The notes below the pieces were generated by a model, which made no database searches, had not been told where the DNA came from, and saw nothing but the letters and a program-made list of their open reading frames with translations. A DNA stretch of 64,000 nucleotides from an uncultured Methylomirabilota bacterium (GTDB lineage Bacteria; Methylomirabilota; Methylomirabilia; CAVQYV01): contig CAVQYV010000010.1 of NCBI GenBank assembly GCA_963718295.1, forward strand, positions 31,679 to 95,678, in the 5' to 3' direction. Positions 1-10,146 of the stretch are shown here, piece after piece; positions within the stretch are counted from its first letter, which is position 1, and every line of letters begins with the position of its first letter. The position numbers and the translations under genes were made by a program.

Positions 1-1194
1 TCATCCTCTTTGCCCTGGCGCTGGTGGGAGTCGCTTTATTCCACCGACACACCATGTATGTCGCCCTCATAGGGCTCGGCAGCATCCTGGCATTCAAGTT
101 CCTTTTTGTGGGGGGCTTTACTCTATTGGGACACCTCCTGGGACATGGGCAAGAGGAGGGGGAATGGAGGATCTTGCTGAATCTTCTCGGCCTTCTTTTG
201 GGCTTCGCCATCCTGGCCAGGCACTTCGAAGAGTCCAGGCTGCCCGATAATCTGCCCAACTTCCTGCCTGATGGATGGAAAGGCGGGTTCGTTCTCCTCT
301 TAATGATCGCTGTCCTCTCCTCATTCCTTGACAATATCGCTGCTGCCATGATCGGTGGGGCGATTGCCAGGATCGTATTCAAGGGAAAGATTGCATATCG
401 GCTTCCTGGCCGGGATCGTGGCCGCATCCAACGCAGGAGGGTCCGGCAGCGTGGTGGGGGATACAACGACCACCCTCATGTGGATTGATGGTGTGAGTCC
501 GCTGCAGGTCATTCATGCCTTCGTGGCTGCCATCCCGGCGTTGTTCATCTTCGGCATTGTGGCAGCCAAGCAGCAGGACAAGCTGCAGCCGATCGTGGAG
601 ACCAACGTCGATATCAAGGTCGATTACGGTAAACTGTTCATCGTTTTCATGATCCTGGTCGGGGCGATTGCCACCAACTGGCTTCTTGACTTCCCGGCAG
701 CGGGGGTGTGGATTGGTATTATCCTTGGGGCTTTGATCAGGCCGACACCCTGGAAGGAAATGAAAAACGCCTGGATGGGAACGGTCTTCCTGATGTCCCT
801 GGTCACCTGCGCCTCTCTTATGCCGGTAGAGGATTTACCCCCGGCTTCCTGGGTCACCACCTTCGCGCTCGGCTTCGTCTCGGCGGTCTTTGACAATATC
901 CCGTTGACCAAACTCTGCTTGGTGCAGGGCGGCTACGATTGGGGCATGCTGGCTTATACGGTTGGATTCGGTGGTTCCATGATCTGGTTCGGCTCCTCCG
1001 CCGGCGTAGCCCTGTCCAACCAGTATCCTGAAACCCGCTCCGCTGTAGCTTACGTGAAGAGCGGATGGCATGTCGCGGTGGCTTACATCGTGGGTTTCTT
1101 CATTCTTCTCGGCACTCTGGGTTGGTCTCCGGCTCCGAAGAGATCGGATCTGCAAAAATCAGAAATTCCTGTGGTGCAGATGGTTGAAAGGTAA
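1..1194 (+). pseudogene. NhaD/ArsB (ion transporter superfamily) permease, copy 1; 5'-truncated by the window edge, +1 frameshift near 389
   Basis: Motifs LSSFLDNIA, NAGGSGSVVGDTTT, SAVFDNIPL, GGSMIWFGSSAGVAL split over ORFs 24..488 and 355..1194. Reads AAGGGAAAGATTG where the intact copy has AAGGGAAAATTG. May be a sequencing indel. Confidence 0.8.
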
Positions 1195-1206
1195 GCCATC
1201 CACCGA
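1..1206 (+). repeat. Long direct repeat, near-identical to 8954..10157
   Basis: Alignment by eye shows scattered, mostly third-position substitutions. Similarity ends about 12 nt after the stop codon (GCCATCCACCG). Confidence 0.95.
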
Positions 1207-1280
1207 TGCAGAAAGGGCAGATTCTTTTCTAAGACGGCATGTGGATTCTGGAATCTTTTGAATCCTCGTCACCCGAATCA

Positions 1281-1315
1281 AAAGGGCCGGGAGGAATCCC
1301 CGGCCCTTCCTTTTT
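1281..1315. terminator. Probable bidirectional intrinsic terminator
   Basis: AAGGGCCGGG-loop-CCCGGCCCTT with flanking A/T runs, between convergent genes. Confidence 0.7.
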
Positions 1316-1332
1316 GTTTCTTACCGCTCCGG

Positions 1333-1927
1333 TTATTTCTCAATGATCTTGACCTTCATTTCCACCCGTTCATTGGGATTGTCCCGCTTGTCCCGGGGCT
1401 GGCCGACGATCTTATCCACCGCGTCCATCCCGGAGGTTACCTCGCCGAAAACCGTATATTGCTTATCCAGAAAAGGAGAATCGGCCACGCAGATGAAGAA
1501 CTGGGACCCCGCGCTGTCCGGATCCTGGGACCGGGCCATGGATACGATCCCCCGCTTGTGGGATTTGCTGTTGAATTCAGCCTTCACGTTGTAGCCGGGG
1601 CCGCCCATCCCATGCCGGGACTTATCCGTTTCTTTGGTGTTGGGATCGCCGCCCTGAATCATAAACCCGGGAATGACCCGGTGGAAAATAGTCCCGTCGT
1701 AGAATCCTTTTTTGGCCAGGTCGATGAAGTTGTTCACATGGTTCGGGGCCGCTTCGGGAAAGAACTTCAACTCGATTGTCCCGAACTTGGTTTCGATGGC
1801 CGCTTTCGTTTCCGTCATCTTTCTTAATTTCCTCCTTGGTAAAAGTTTTGGACCGCGTCTCTCCCATGGCCAGAACCGGAATCAGACACAAGAGCAGACT
1901 TAAGAAACCTGTTATTACCCTCTTCAT
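1333..1927 (-). CDS. Cyclophilin-type peptidyl-prolyl isomerase; signal peptide disconnected by a probable indel near 1820
   Basis: FHRVIPGFMIQGGDP, SMAR and AGSQFFI motifs in 1333..1818. The ORF from ATG 1927 (with GGAG RBS) encodes a signal peptide MKRVITGFLSLLLCLIPVLAMG...EEIKK that joins MTETK if one base is removed. Confidence 0.85.
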
Positions 1928-2000
1928 AGCTCCTCCTCGAGAAAATGGATCTTTTCAAACATAAGCGTTCATAGTAAGAGGAAGGGCGCTCCCGGTCAAG

Positions 2001-2052
2001 AAAATTGATGGGGAAATTGATGGAGCTGTCCCATTTTTGTCTGTCCCATTTT
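2001..2052. repeat. Stuttered short repeat (family B, GGGAC-type)
   Basis: AAATTGATGG twice and CTGTCCCATTTT twice; same style as 58012, 60292 and 63960. Confidence 0.55.
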
Positions 2053-2056
2053 GGTC

Positions 2057-2085
2057 TTGACTTGTTACGCAAGATTGAATATAAG
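2057..2085 (+). promoter_or_regulatory. Sigma70-type promoter candidate
   Basis: TTGACT-17 nt-TATAAG directly upstream of the tandem RNA element. Confidence 0.5.
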
Positions 2086-2108
2086 AAAGCCAACTTTATG
2101 AGTTTTGG

Positions 2109-2217
2109 AGCTTTCAATAAGGGTAACAGGGTCCGGAGATAGCCAGCTGTCTCCGGAGGGCAATGAGATCGAACGATAGTCGGGCCGCTATCCCTGAAAA
2201 GGGGTAGCGGCTTTTTT
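2109..2217 (+). ncRNA. Riboswitch candidate copy 1 (nhaA-I/Li+-I-like) with overlapping intrinsic terminator
   Basis: 84 nt identical to 2349..2432. Has GGGT...GTCGGGCCGC ends and the hairpin TCCGGAGATAG/CTGTCTCCGGA. Terminator GCCGCTATCCCT-GAAA-AGGGGTAGCGGC-TTTTTT uses the 3' end of the repeat. Confidence 0.65.
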
Positions 2218-2348
2218 GTTTATCGAACAATGCGTTCCTCTGGGAGTAGAGGTTGACTCTCTGCATGGGAAACCAGTGAAGCCAGGTAAAGAGGAGGTGT
2301 AATCCCCCTTTTCTCTTGGAATGGACAAGTCTCGCTAGTTCCTTGATC

Positions 2349-2460
2349 AGCTTTCAATAAGGGTAACAGGGTCCGGAGATAGCCAGCTGTCTCCGGAGGG
2401 CAATGAGATCGAACGATAGTCGGGCCGCTATCACAAATTTTGGTAGCGGCCTATTTTTTT
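2349..2460 (+). ncRNA. Riboswitch candidate copy 2 with its own terminator
   Basis: Identical 84-nt core; terminator GGCCGCTATCA-loop-TGGTAGCGGCC followed by TATTTTTTT. Confidence 0.65.
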
Positions 2461-2599
2461 GCGATAAAAGGAGACCTTCTCATTCCCATTCATATTCCTT
2501 CTTCCGCGCATCCCTTTCACTTCTATTGCTCGGCGCCTCACAAAGACCCGAGGCGTGAACATCCCTCAACCCAGTTTGTTACCGAAAGGAGGCGTATCC

Positions 2600-3184
2600 A
2601 TGAATTCAAGAAGGAGTATCGTCCAATTCTTCTGCGTTGCCCTTGCCATGCTGTTTCTTGTCATCTCCTGCTCCCGGGGTGAAAAATCAGAAGGCCCGAA
2701 GGAGAAAGGGACCAGTGCGGCCCTCGAACTGACAAGCCCGGCCTTTGTGCTTGGGGCTCCTATGCCTGCCAAGTACACATGCGACGGCGAGAACGTCTCC
2801 CCGCCCTTGAAGTGGACCGGCCTGCCACAGAGCTCCCAGAGCCTCGCGCTGATATGCGAAGATCCGGATGCCCCGGAAGGTTCTCGCGTCCTCTGGCTCG
2901 TCTACAACATTCCTCCTTCGGTGCCGGAACTCCCAGAGGCGAGCCCTGCGATCGGAGTCCTGCCTAACGGGGCCAAACAGGGGAAGAATGATTTCAAGAA
3001 CCTGGGATATACCGGCCCTTGTCCCTCCCCTGGCAAGATTCATCGCTGCGAGTTCAAGCTCTATGCCTTGGATGATATGTCCAAGCTTCCTCCAGGGATA
3101 TCGAAGAAGGAGCTCATAAAGACCATGGAGGGCCATCGTCTTGCCGAGAGACAGTTGATGGTGACCTGTGAGAAAATAAAGTAG
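2600..3184 (+). CDS. YbhB/YbcL (PEBP/Raf-kinase-inhibitor-like) lipoprotein
   Basis: AAGGAGG RBS; lipobox-like LVISC; YTCDGENVSPPLKW, EDPDAP and GYTGPCPSPG motifs. Confidence 0.9.
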   Translation: MNSRRSIVQFFCVALAMLFLVISCSRGEKSEGPKEKGTSAALELTSPAFVLGAPMPAKYTCDGENVSPPLKWTGLPQSSQSLALICEDPDAPEGSRVLWLVYNIPPSVPELPEASPAIGVLPNGAKQGKNDFKNLGYTGPCPSPGKIHRCEFKLYALDDMSKLPPGISKKELIKTMEGHRLAERQLMVTCEKIK

Positions 3185-3368
3185 TCTTAGGGGGGAAGGC
3201 AAGGATAAGCCTCTTGGAGGCGCTCAATCAGAGGGATCTACGGCCGCGAAGAGGTATAAGGTTTCCACCTTAAGCTGTGCGCCCTAAAAGCCGCTCTCAG
3301 CGAACTTTGGAACTCCGTGCCAGTTTGGCCATATGGTGAAGGTGGTGGGGAGAAAGGAGATGATTTTC

Positions 3369-3836
3369 ATGCCTGAGGTTTCCATTGAGTTCTTGATGCC
3401 CATCAAGGTGGCATCCTTAGAAAAGGAAGGACCACGCGAAGAAGTAGGAAAGGCCCTTCAGCAACTTGCCCAAATTCTCAAAGAAAAGAAAGTAAAGATT
3501 GCCGGTGACCCTCTGGCTATGTTCCAGGGTGATCCAAAAGGATGGGATTTCCAAAAGGCACATTATGAAGTCTGTTTTCCCATATCCGGGAGGATCAAGG
3601 GAGAAGGGGAGGTCAAGGGCAAGGAGTTGGCAAAGGGAGCCTTCGCCTGCATTACCCACTCCGGCCCGATTGAAAAATTGCTGGATGCTTATCGGGAAAT
3701 CTTGAAGTGGATCGAGGAAAATGGCTACCAAGTGAGTGGAGCCAGCCGGGAAGTCTACCACAAAGGAATCAGGGAAGCGGAAGGCAGCCTCCAAGAGTGC
3801 CTCATCGAGGTCCAATTCCCCGTAGTAGGAACATAG
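3369..3836 (+). CDS. GyrI-like small-molecule-binding domain protein
   Basis: ACITHSGPIEKLLDAYREILKWIEENGY...REVY pattern; start chosen from the AAGGAG RBS. Confidence 0.85.
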   Translation: MPEVSIEFLMPIKVASLEKEGPREEVGKALQQLAQILKEKKVKIAGDPLAMFQGDPKGWDFQKAHYEVCFPISGRIKGEGEVKGKELAKGAFACITHSGPIEKLLDAYREILKWIEENGYQVSGASREVYHKGIREAEGSLQECLIEVQFPVVGT

Positions 3837-4224
3837 CCGCAGGCAAGGGGTAACCCTTGGGGCGAAGACTTTACGAACTTCTCCCCCAAGCGAAGATGTG
3901 TAGTGCGGAATCTCCACAGGTTCCTGCGGCCCTGGTGGATGAAGATGGTGACAGAAATCCTTGCATTTGAAGGCTCCTCCCGGCCTGCTTTCAGGAGCAA
4001 CAATTCGTCTCAGGGCAGTTTCCGCTGTCCACCGTTGGCATTGGTTCGATTATTTCTCGCGGGCGCTTTCTATTTGGCTCGCTTGCCAGATGGGCAGAAT
4101 GACTCCACAGCTTTTGGAAGCAAGTGACTTAGGCTTACGCACACAGCGGGCGTGTTTAGATACAAGCGGAAAATGGACAAGAGGAGACGGGAGCGGTCGT
4201 TGGGGCTAAGGGAAGAGGGAAGGA

Positions 4225-4371
4225 ATGACGAAGAAGAGGATTGAGAGGAAAAAGCTCACCAGAAACCGGCGGCAGATGTTCGATGAAGAAAAGGCGAAAT
4301 TTGCCAGCCGGGGCAAAAATCCGACGAAGGTTCTGGAAGACGAGGTGAAGCGATCCACTGGGAGGCACTAG
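4225..4371 (+). CDS. Possible 48-aa basic small protein
   Basis: Purine-rich RBS-like context, then MTKKRIERKKLTRNRRQMFDEEKAKFASRGKNPTKVLEDEVKRSTGRH; below the ORF-track cutoff. Confidence 0.3.
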   Translation: MTKKRIERKKLTRNRRQMFDEEKAKFASRGKNPTKVLEDEVKRSTGRH

Positions 4372-4482
4372 ACCAGGACTCATGGAGGGATTGAGAGAGA
4401 CTTCGGAGACAAGAAAGGAGGTTGGTAGTACGGAAAGCACAATTGATGGCCGTAGAAATAACCTAGTTATAGGAGGTGCAAA

Positions 4483-6048
4483 ATGGCTCAAGATAAGATC
4501 AAAGCTCCACCGTTGTCCGATGCGATCCAATCCAGGAAGATAGGAGACATGATCAAATTCTTTGGCCCGGGTGCGATCATGGCCTCTCTGACGATCGGCT
4601 CGGGCGAGACCTTCTTTGCAGCTCGGGGCGGGGCCGTGTTCGGCTACGCCATCATGTGGACCTTCGTATTGGGGTGCTTCTTCAAGTGGGTCCAGTGCTA
4701 CACCGCCATGCGCTACCTGACCCTCACCGGCGAGCATCCCATCGACCGTTGGGCCCATTTCCCCGGCCCCAGAGGGTGGTTCCCCTTCCTGATCGCGGTC
4801 CTCAGCATCATGTGTTTTCCTTTCTGGTTATCCTTCCTGCCCTCCCTCCTGGGAACGCTCTGCAAGTGGATGTTCCATTTCGGGGATCACCTTTGGTGGG
4901 GGACCTTCTGGATCGTTTTCTTCGTCACCTTGACCCTCCTGGGGGGATATAATGCCCTGGAAAAGATCCAGCTGGCGATCATCACCGTGATGCTGGTGGC
5001 GATTCTCTTTGCTGCCGTCTACTTCAAGCCGGATTGGGGGGCAGTCCTCTCCGGGACCTTCATCCCCCGCATTCCCGACTACGCCCCCTGGATCTTTCAG
5101 AAATACCCGGAGGTAGCTGCTCGACCTCCCTGGGTGGAGGCGACCGTCTATATTGGGGCGATCGGCGGAGGGACCTACGATTACATCGGATATATCGGGA
5201 TGCTGAGGGAGAAGGACTGGGGGATGTTGGGACTCCCTAACTTGGCCGAGGTCCAACAGAGGATCCACGAGTTGGAAGAGAAGGGAGACCGAATCCCCCT
5301 CTCCGAGGAGGAGGAGGATGTGAAGACGGCCCTGGCCTGGACCAAGGCCCCCGCCATCGACTCAGTCGTCTCCTTTGCCTCGATCATCATTTTTGCCGCC
5401 GGATTCATGATCGGGGGCGCGCGCCTGCTCCATGCCGAAGAGCTGATTCCCTCCGGGTTGAAGCTCCTGGAATACCAGGCCCAATTTCTCACCCGGATTC
5501 ACGCCTGGTTGCTGCCCCTTTATGATCTGGGCGTCTTCCTGGCGGTCGCGGGAACGGTGTATGGGGCGTATGAGGTCTACACCCGCACCGCTTTCGAGTG
5601 CCTGCGCACCGTCTTCCCCGGACTGCGAAAGATCACCGTGAAGCAGGTCCGCCCCTGGGTCTGCCTCTATGTAGGCGTGGTCGGCATGTTCCTCATGTGG
5701 ATGACCCGGCTTCTGCCCAACGTGAAGCTCATCGATCTGCCCACCCCGGCCGGGATCATCGGAGGGGTCATGACCTGCGGCCTCTGGTGCTTCGCCATGA
5801 TCTGGACCGATCGAAGATATCTGCCCAAGCCCTATCAGATGGGGGGTGGCCTGGTCTTCCTGAATGTGATCGCCGGCATCGGCATGACCACCATGGGCCT
5901 CAAGGCCTGGTGGGATTACGGGGCGGACAAGCTCCACGGGGGCTGGACGGGTTATATCTTCCTGGCCGGCATGGTTGTCCTCTCCATGGTCGTCACGGCG
6001 ATCATCAATAGCTATTACCGGAGGAAAAAAGCGGCAACGACTTCTTGA
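4483..6048 (+). CDS. Nramp-related (APC superfamily) membrane transporter
   Basis: FGPGAIMASLTIGSGE motif, about 11 TM helices, AGGAGGT RBS. Confidence 0.8.
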   Translation: MAQDKIKAPPLSDAIQSRKIGDMIKFFGPGAIMASLTIGSGETFFAARGGAVFGYAIMWTFVLGCFFKWVQCYTAMRYLTLTGEHPIDRWAHFPGPRGWFPFLIAVLSIMCFPFWLSFLPSLLGTLCKWMFHFGDHLWWGTFWIVFFVTLTLLGGYNALEKIQLAIITVMLVAILFAAVYFKPDWGAVLSGTFIPRIPDYAPWIFQKYPEVAARPPWVEATVYIGAIGGGTYDYIGYIGMLREKDWGMLGLPNLAEVQQRIHELEEKGDRIPLSEEEEDVKTALAWTKAPAIDSVVSFASIIIFAAGFMIGGARLLHAEELIPSGLKLLEYQAQFLTRIHAWLLPLYDLGVFLAVAGTVYGAYEVYTRTAFECLRTVFPGLRKITVKQVRPWVCLYVGVVGMFLMWMTRLLPNVKLIDLPTPAGIIGGVMTCGLWCFAMIWTDRRYLPKPYQMGGGLVFLNVIAGIGMTTMGLKAWWDYGADKLHGGWTGYIFLAGMVVLSMVVTAIINSYYRRKKAATTS

Positions 6049-6221
6049 TCCCAACAGCGGCACTGCCGCTTCTATTGCGGGGAATAGTGAGGCCGCCCTC
6101 GGCATTGAAATTGCAGCCGAGGGCGGACGTCTCCTCGCTGGAGCCGCAATCATTTGGGTCTGCGAGATCTCTCTTGGTTTCCAGTCTATCCTCTTCCCTT
6201 CATCCAGCGAACTCTAGCTAA

Positions 6222-8825
6222 ATGAACAGCAATCCCATCAGCCAGGACCCCAAGAACGCGGGCAAGGCCAGGCGAGTGCTGGGCTCCTGGGCCCGTTTCT
6301 CCTATCGCCATCACCGCCTCGTTTTCCTCCTGGTTTTCCTCTCCCTGATCGTCTCCCTCCTGATCGCCAGTCGCCTCCAGATCAAGACCGACATATTTGG
6401 GCTCCTTCCCCAGGACAACGAGAAGGTGAATACCTTCCGCCAGGTCCTTCGGGATTATGGGAGCATGGACTACCTCCTGGTGGCGATCGAGTCGGAGGAG
6501 GGGAGCCCGGCAGATCGATTTGAAGGCTTCTCCGACCTGTTTGCCGAGGAGCTTCGATCCTCCCCCCTCATCGAATATGTGGAATACCGGATCTGGGAGG
6601 AGTCGGAAGATATGCGGCCCCTCCTGGGCAATGGCCTCCTCTACCTGTCTGAGCCCGAGATCGATTCGTTGGCCCATCGGCTCACCGATCAGGGAATTGC
6701 CGAACAGGCACAGCGGATCCAGGCCCTCCTGCTGACTCCAACGGCCCTGCCCATGAAGAGCCTCATAGAGAAGGATCCCTTCAATATCCTTCCCCTGGTC
6801 CAGGATCGCCTGCTCAAACGGGGGATGGATCTGCGCCTCTATCCCTATGATGGATACTACCTCTGCGAGGATCGGTCCATGCTGCTGATGGTTGCCCGTC
6901 CCATCAAGCCGGCGCAGGATCTCCTCTTCAGCAAGAAATTGATGGAGAGGGTGAAGGCGGCGGAGGGAAAAGCCCGCCAGAGGGTGGAGCAGGAGGATGG
7001 CCTCTCCCTGAGCCAGATGAAGGTGAGCTATGGGGGAGGGTATCTGATCGCCCTCAACGATTCCCAGATCATCCAGAGGGATATCCTGCGCAATTTCCTC
7101 ACCTCTTTCTTCGGGGTTCTCTTTCTGTTCCTGCTGGCCTTCCGGACGCTCAAGTCGATCCTGTTTGCGGGCTTGCCTCTGGTGGTGGGCATTTCCTGGA
7201 CCATGGCCTTTGCCGCCGTGGCCGTGGGAGAGCTCAATTACGCCACCAGTGGGTTTTCCGCCCTCCTCATCGGGTTGGCCATCGATCTGAACATCGTCCT
7301 CTACAATCGTTATCTGGAAGAGCGGACGGGAGGCAAAGATGCCCCGTCGTCGGTGGATCTGATGCTCGCTGAAACCGGGCGCTCGGTTTTCATCGGGGCC
7401 ATCACTACGGCCGCCGCCTTCTTTGCCATGATGGTCACCCGGTTTCGCGGTCTGGCCGAATTGGGCCTCCTCACCGGGACCGGGATCCTCTTCTGTCTTT
7501 TGGCCACCTACATCCTGCTCCCCGCCATGTGCGCCTGGGAGGAAAGCCGAAGGAAGGGGGACATCCGATCTCCGCGGATGAGGTCCTTTGGGCTGGGAAG
7601 ATCTTTTGCGGTCCTCTCCCGGGTGCCTCGGGGAATCATCGGGGTCTCCTTGGGGGTGAGCGTCTTCTTGGCCTTCTTTGCCGCCTCCCTCGGCTTCGAT
7701 GAAGACATCAGCAACATCCGTCCCCGGCACAATGAAGCCCTGGATCTCCAGGAGAGGATCTCCGAGAAGTTCGGCCTCTCCTATTATCACTTCGTGGTGA
7801 TCACCGAAAAAAAGACGGTGGAAGAGGCGTTGGAGGCCAATGAAAGGGTGGCTTCGGCTCTGAGATCCTGGAACCGGAAGGAGGGGATCGTCGGGTTCGA
7901 CTCCCTGGAGACCCTTCTTCCCTCGCAAGGCTCCCAGGAGAGGAGGCTGGCCCATATTCGATCCATGCAGGGCCAGGAATTAAACGGAGATCGCATCGCC
8001 AGGAGCTTTCGGAAGGCGTTGCAGGACTCAGGATTGCGACCTGCTGCCTTTGCGGACTACATGAAGAAGTTCCGCGAGTTCCTCTCTCCCTCCCAGAGGA
8101 TCCGCTGGGAGGAGGTGAAGAAATCCTCCCTGGGGCGGATCCTGAGTCGGTACCTGAAGGTGGATGATCAGGGGGTTCGGATAGCCACCTATGTCTATCA
8201 GGAGCGGAGCTCGTGGAAGGCGGGCCCACCTGCCCAGTTGGTGGCAGAGTTGATTTCCCTCGGCTCGGTGAAGGTGTCAGGGGTCAATATCCTCTCCCAG
8301 GAATTGAAGAGCAAGGTGTACCAGGATGCGAAATGGGCTACCCTACTTGCCTTGCTGGGGGTGTGCCTCCTCCTGTATCTGGACTTCAGGAACCTGAAGG
8401 ACACCCTCCTGTCGCTGATTCCCCTCGGTTTTGGTGTCCTCTGGATGTTCGGGCTCATGGATCTCTTCGGAATGAAGCTCAACCTCATGAATATCTTCGC
8501 CGTGATCATGATCCTGGGCATCGGGGTCGATTATGGGGTCCATATCCTGCACCGGTATTATGAGGGAGGAAAATTAGACGCAGCATTGGCCCTCAATCAG
8601 GTAGGAAAAGCGATTTTGATGGCAGCAATGACTACAACCGTCGGCTTCGGCACCATCACCTATTCCGATTATCCCGGCCTCGTCAGCATGGGGATCGCCA
8701 CAGTCATAGGAGTCACAACATGCACAGTCGCCTCTCTTGTTCTCCTCCCGGCGGTCCTCACCCTCTTGGCAAGATCTGGTGATTCCCACTCGGCCGGAGC
8801 ACTCCCCCCAGGTCGAAGATCATAG
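6222..8825 (+). CDS. MMPL/RND-superfamily transporter
   Basis: Two repeats of TM + large loop + 5 TM; GLAID and GIGVDYGVH motifs. Confidence 0.9.
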   Translation: MNSNPISQDPKNAGKARRVLGSWARFSYRHHRLVFLLVFLSLIVSLLIASRLQIKTDIFGLLPQDNEKVNTFRQVLRDYGSMDYLLVAIESEEGSPADRFEGFSDLFAEELRSSPLIEYVEYRIWEESEDMRPLLGNGLLYLSEPEIDSLAHRLTDQGIAEQAQRIQALLLTPTALPMKSLIEKDPFNILPLVQDRLLKRGMDLRLYPYDGYYLCEDRSMLLMVARPIKPAQDLLFSKKLMERVKAAEGKARQRVEQEDGLSLSQMKVSYGGGYLIALNDSQIIQRDILRNFLTSFFGVLFLFLLAFRTLKSILFAGLPLVVGISWTMAFAAVAVGELNYATSGFSALLIGLAIDLNIVLYNRYLEERTGGKDAPSSVDLMLAETGRSVFIGAITTAAAFFAMMVTRFRGLAELGLLTGTGILFCLLATYILLPAMCAWEESRRKGDIRSPRMRSFGLGRSFAVLSRVPRGIIGVSLGVSVFLAFFAASLGFDEDISNIRPRHNEALDLQERISEKFGLSYYHFVVITEKKTVEEALEANERVASALRSWNRKEGIVGFDSLETLLPSQGSQERRLAHIRSMQGQELNGDRIARSFRKALQDSGLRPAAFADYMKKFREFLSPSQRIRWEEVKKSSLGRILSRYLKVDDQGVRIATYVYQERSSWKAGPPAQLVAELISLGSVKVSGVNILSQELKSKVYQDAKWATLLALLGVCLLLYLDFRNLKDTLLSLIPLGFGVLWMFGLMDLFGMKLNLMNIFAVIMILGIGVDYGVHILHRYYEGGKLDAALALNQVGKAILMAAMTTTVGFGTITYSDYPGLVSMGIATVIGVTTCTVASLVLLPAVLTLLARSGDSHSAGALPPGRRS

Positions 8826-8838
8826 GAGGATTACGATT

Positions 8839-10146
8839 TTGTCCCTCAGAATGCTTTTGCTGACAGCCATGCTTTCCCTTCTCCCATCGTTTTGCCTTGC
8901 GGCGGTGGGAATGGTAAATGCTGTTCCGGCCATTTTCGGGATTCGCATCGAGTTCATCCTCTTTGCCCTGACGCTGGTGGGAGTCGCTTTGTTCCACCGA
9001 CACACCATGTATGTCGCCCTCATAGGGCTCGGCAGCATTCTGGCATTCAAGTTCCTTTTTGTGGGGGGCTTTACTCTATTGGGACACCTCCTGGGGCATG
9101 GGCAAGAGGAGGGGGAATGGAGGATCTTGCTGAATCTTCTCGGCCTTCTTTTGGGCTTCGCCATCCTAGCCAGGCACTTCGAAGAGTCCAGGCTGCCCGA
9201 TAACCTGCCCAACTTCCTGCCTGATGGATGGAAAGGCGGGTTCGTACTCCTCTTAATGATCGCTGTCCTCTCCTCATTCCTTGACAATATTGCTGGCGCC
9301 ATGATCGGTGGGACGATTGCCAGGATCGTATTCAAGGGAAAATTGCATATCGGCTTCCTGGCCGGGATCGTGGCCGCATCCAACGCAGGAGGGTCCGGCA
9401 GCGTGGTGGGGGATACAACGACCACCCTCATGTGGATCGATGGTGTGAGTCCGCTGCAGGTCATTCATGCCTTCGTGGCCGCCATCCCGGCGTTGTTCAT
9501 CTTCGGGATTGCGGCAGCCAAGCAGCAGGACAAGCTGCAGCCGATCGTGGAGACCAACGTCGATATCAAGGTCGATTACGGTAAACTGTTCATCGTTTTC
9601 ATGATCCTGGTCGGGGCGATTGCCACCAACTGGCTCCTTGACTTCCCGGCAGCGGGGGTGTGGATTGGTATTATCCTTGGGGCTTTCATCAGGCCGACAC
9701 CCTGGAAGGAAATGAAAAACGCCTGGATGGGAACGGTCTTCCTCATGTCCCTGGTCACCTGCGCCTCTCTTATGCCGGTAGAGGATTTACCCCCGGCTTC
9801 CTGGGTCACTACCTTCGCGCTCGGCTTCGTCTCGGCGGTCTTTGACAATATCCCATTGACCAAACTTTGCTTGGTGCAGGGCGGCTACGATTGGGGCATG
9901 CTCGCTTATACGGTTGGATTCGGTGGTTCCATGATCTGGTTCGGCTCCTCCGCCGGCGTAGCCCTGTCCAACCAGTATCCTGAAACCCGCTCGGCTGTAG
10001 CTTACGTGAAGAGCGGATGGCATGTCGCGGTGGCTTACATCGTGGGTTTCTTCATTCTTCTCGGCACTCTGGGTTGGTCTCCCGCTCCGAAGAGATCGGA
10101 TCTGCAAAAATCAGAAATTCCTGTGGTGCAGATGGTTGAAAGGTGA
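8839..10146 (+). CDS. NhaD/ArsB-type permease, copy 2 (intact)
   Basis: AGGAGGA RBS before TTG 8839; same motifs as copy 1. Confidence 0.85.
   Translation: MSLRMLLLTAMLSLLPSFCLAAVGMVNAVPAIFGIRIEFILFALTLVGVALFHRHTMYVALIGLGSILAFKFLFVGGFTLLGHLLGHGQEEGEWRILLNLLGLLLGFAILARHFEESRLPDNLPNFLPDGWKGGFVLLLMIAVLSSFLDNIAGAMIGGTIARIVFKGKLHIGFLAGIVAASNAGGSGSVVGDTTTTLMWIDGVSPLQVIHAFVAAIPALFIFGIAAAKQQDKLQPIVETNVDIKVDYGKLFIVFMILVGAIATNWLLDFPAAGVWIGIILGAFIRPTPWKEMKNAWMGTVFLMSLVTCASLMPVEDLPPASWVTTFALGFVSAVFDNIPLTKLCLVQGGYDWGMLAYTVGFGGSMIWFGSSAGVALSNQYPETRSAVAYVKSGWHVAVAYIVGFFILLGTLGWSPAPKRSDLQKSEIPVVQMVER

Noticed and set aside
1810-1830. Programmed frameshift giving exported and cytoplasmic cyclophilin isoforms
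   Set aside because: Similar single-base insertions occur near 389, 32552 and 46290 without slippery sites or stimulators; sequencing error is simpler. Only accurate reads could revive the idea.
2109-2432. CRISPR array
   Set aside because: Only two 84-nt units with a 156-nt gap, each followed by a terminator, and no cas genes.
6186-7955. Long antisense ORFs (also 53480..55009, 58203..59318, 37440..38543)
   Set aside because: Shadows of GC-rich genes on the opposite strand, with no recognisable motifs.
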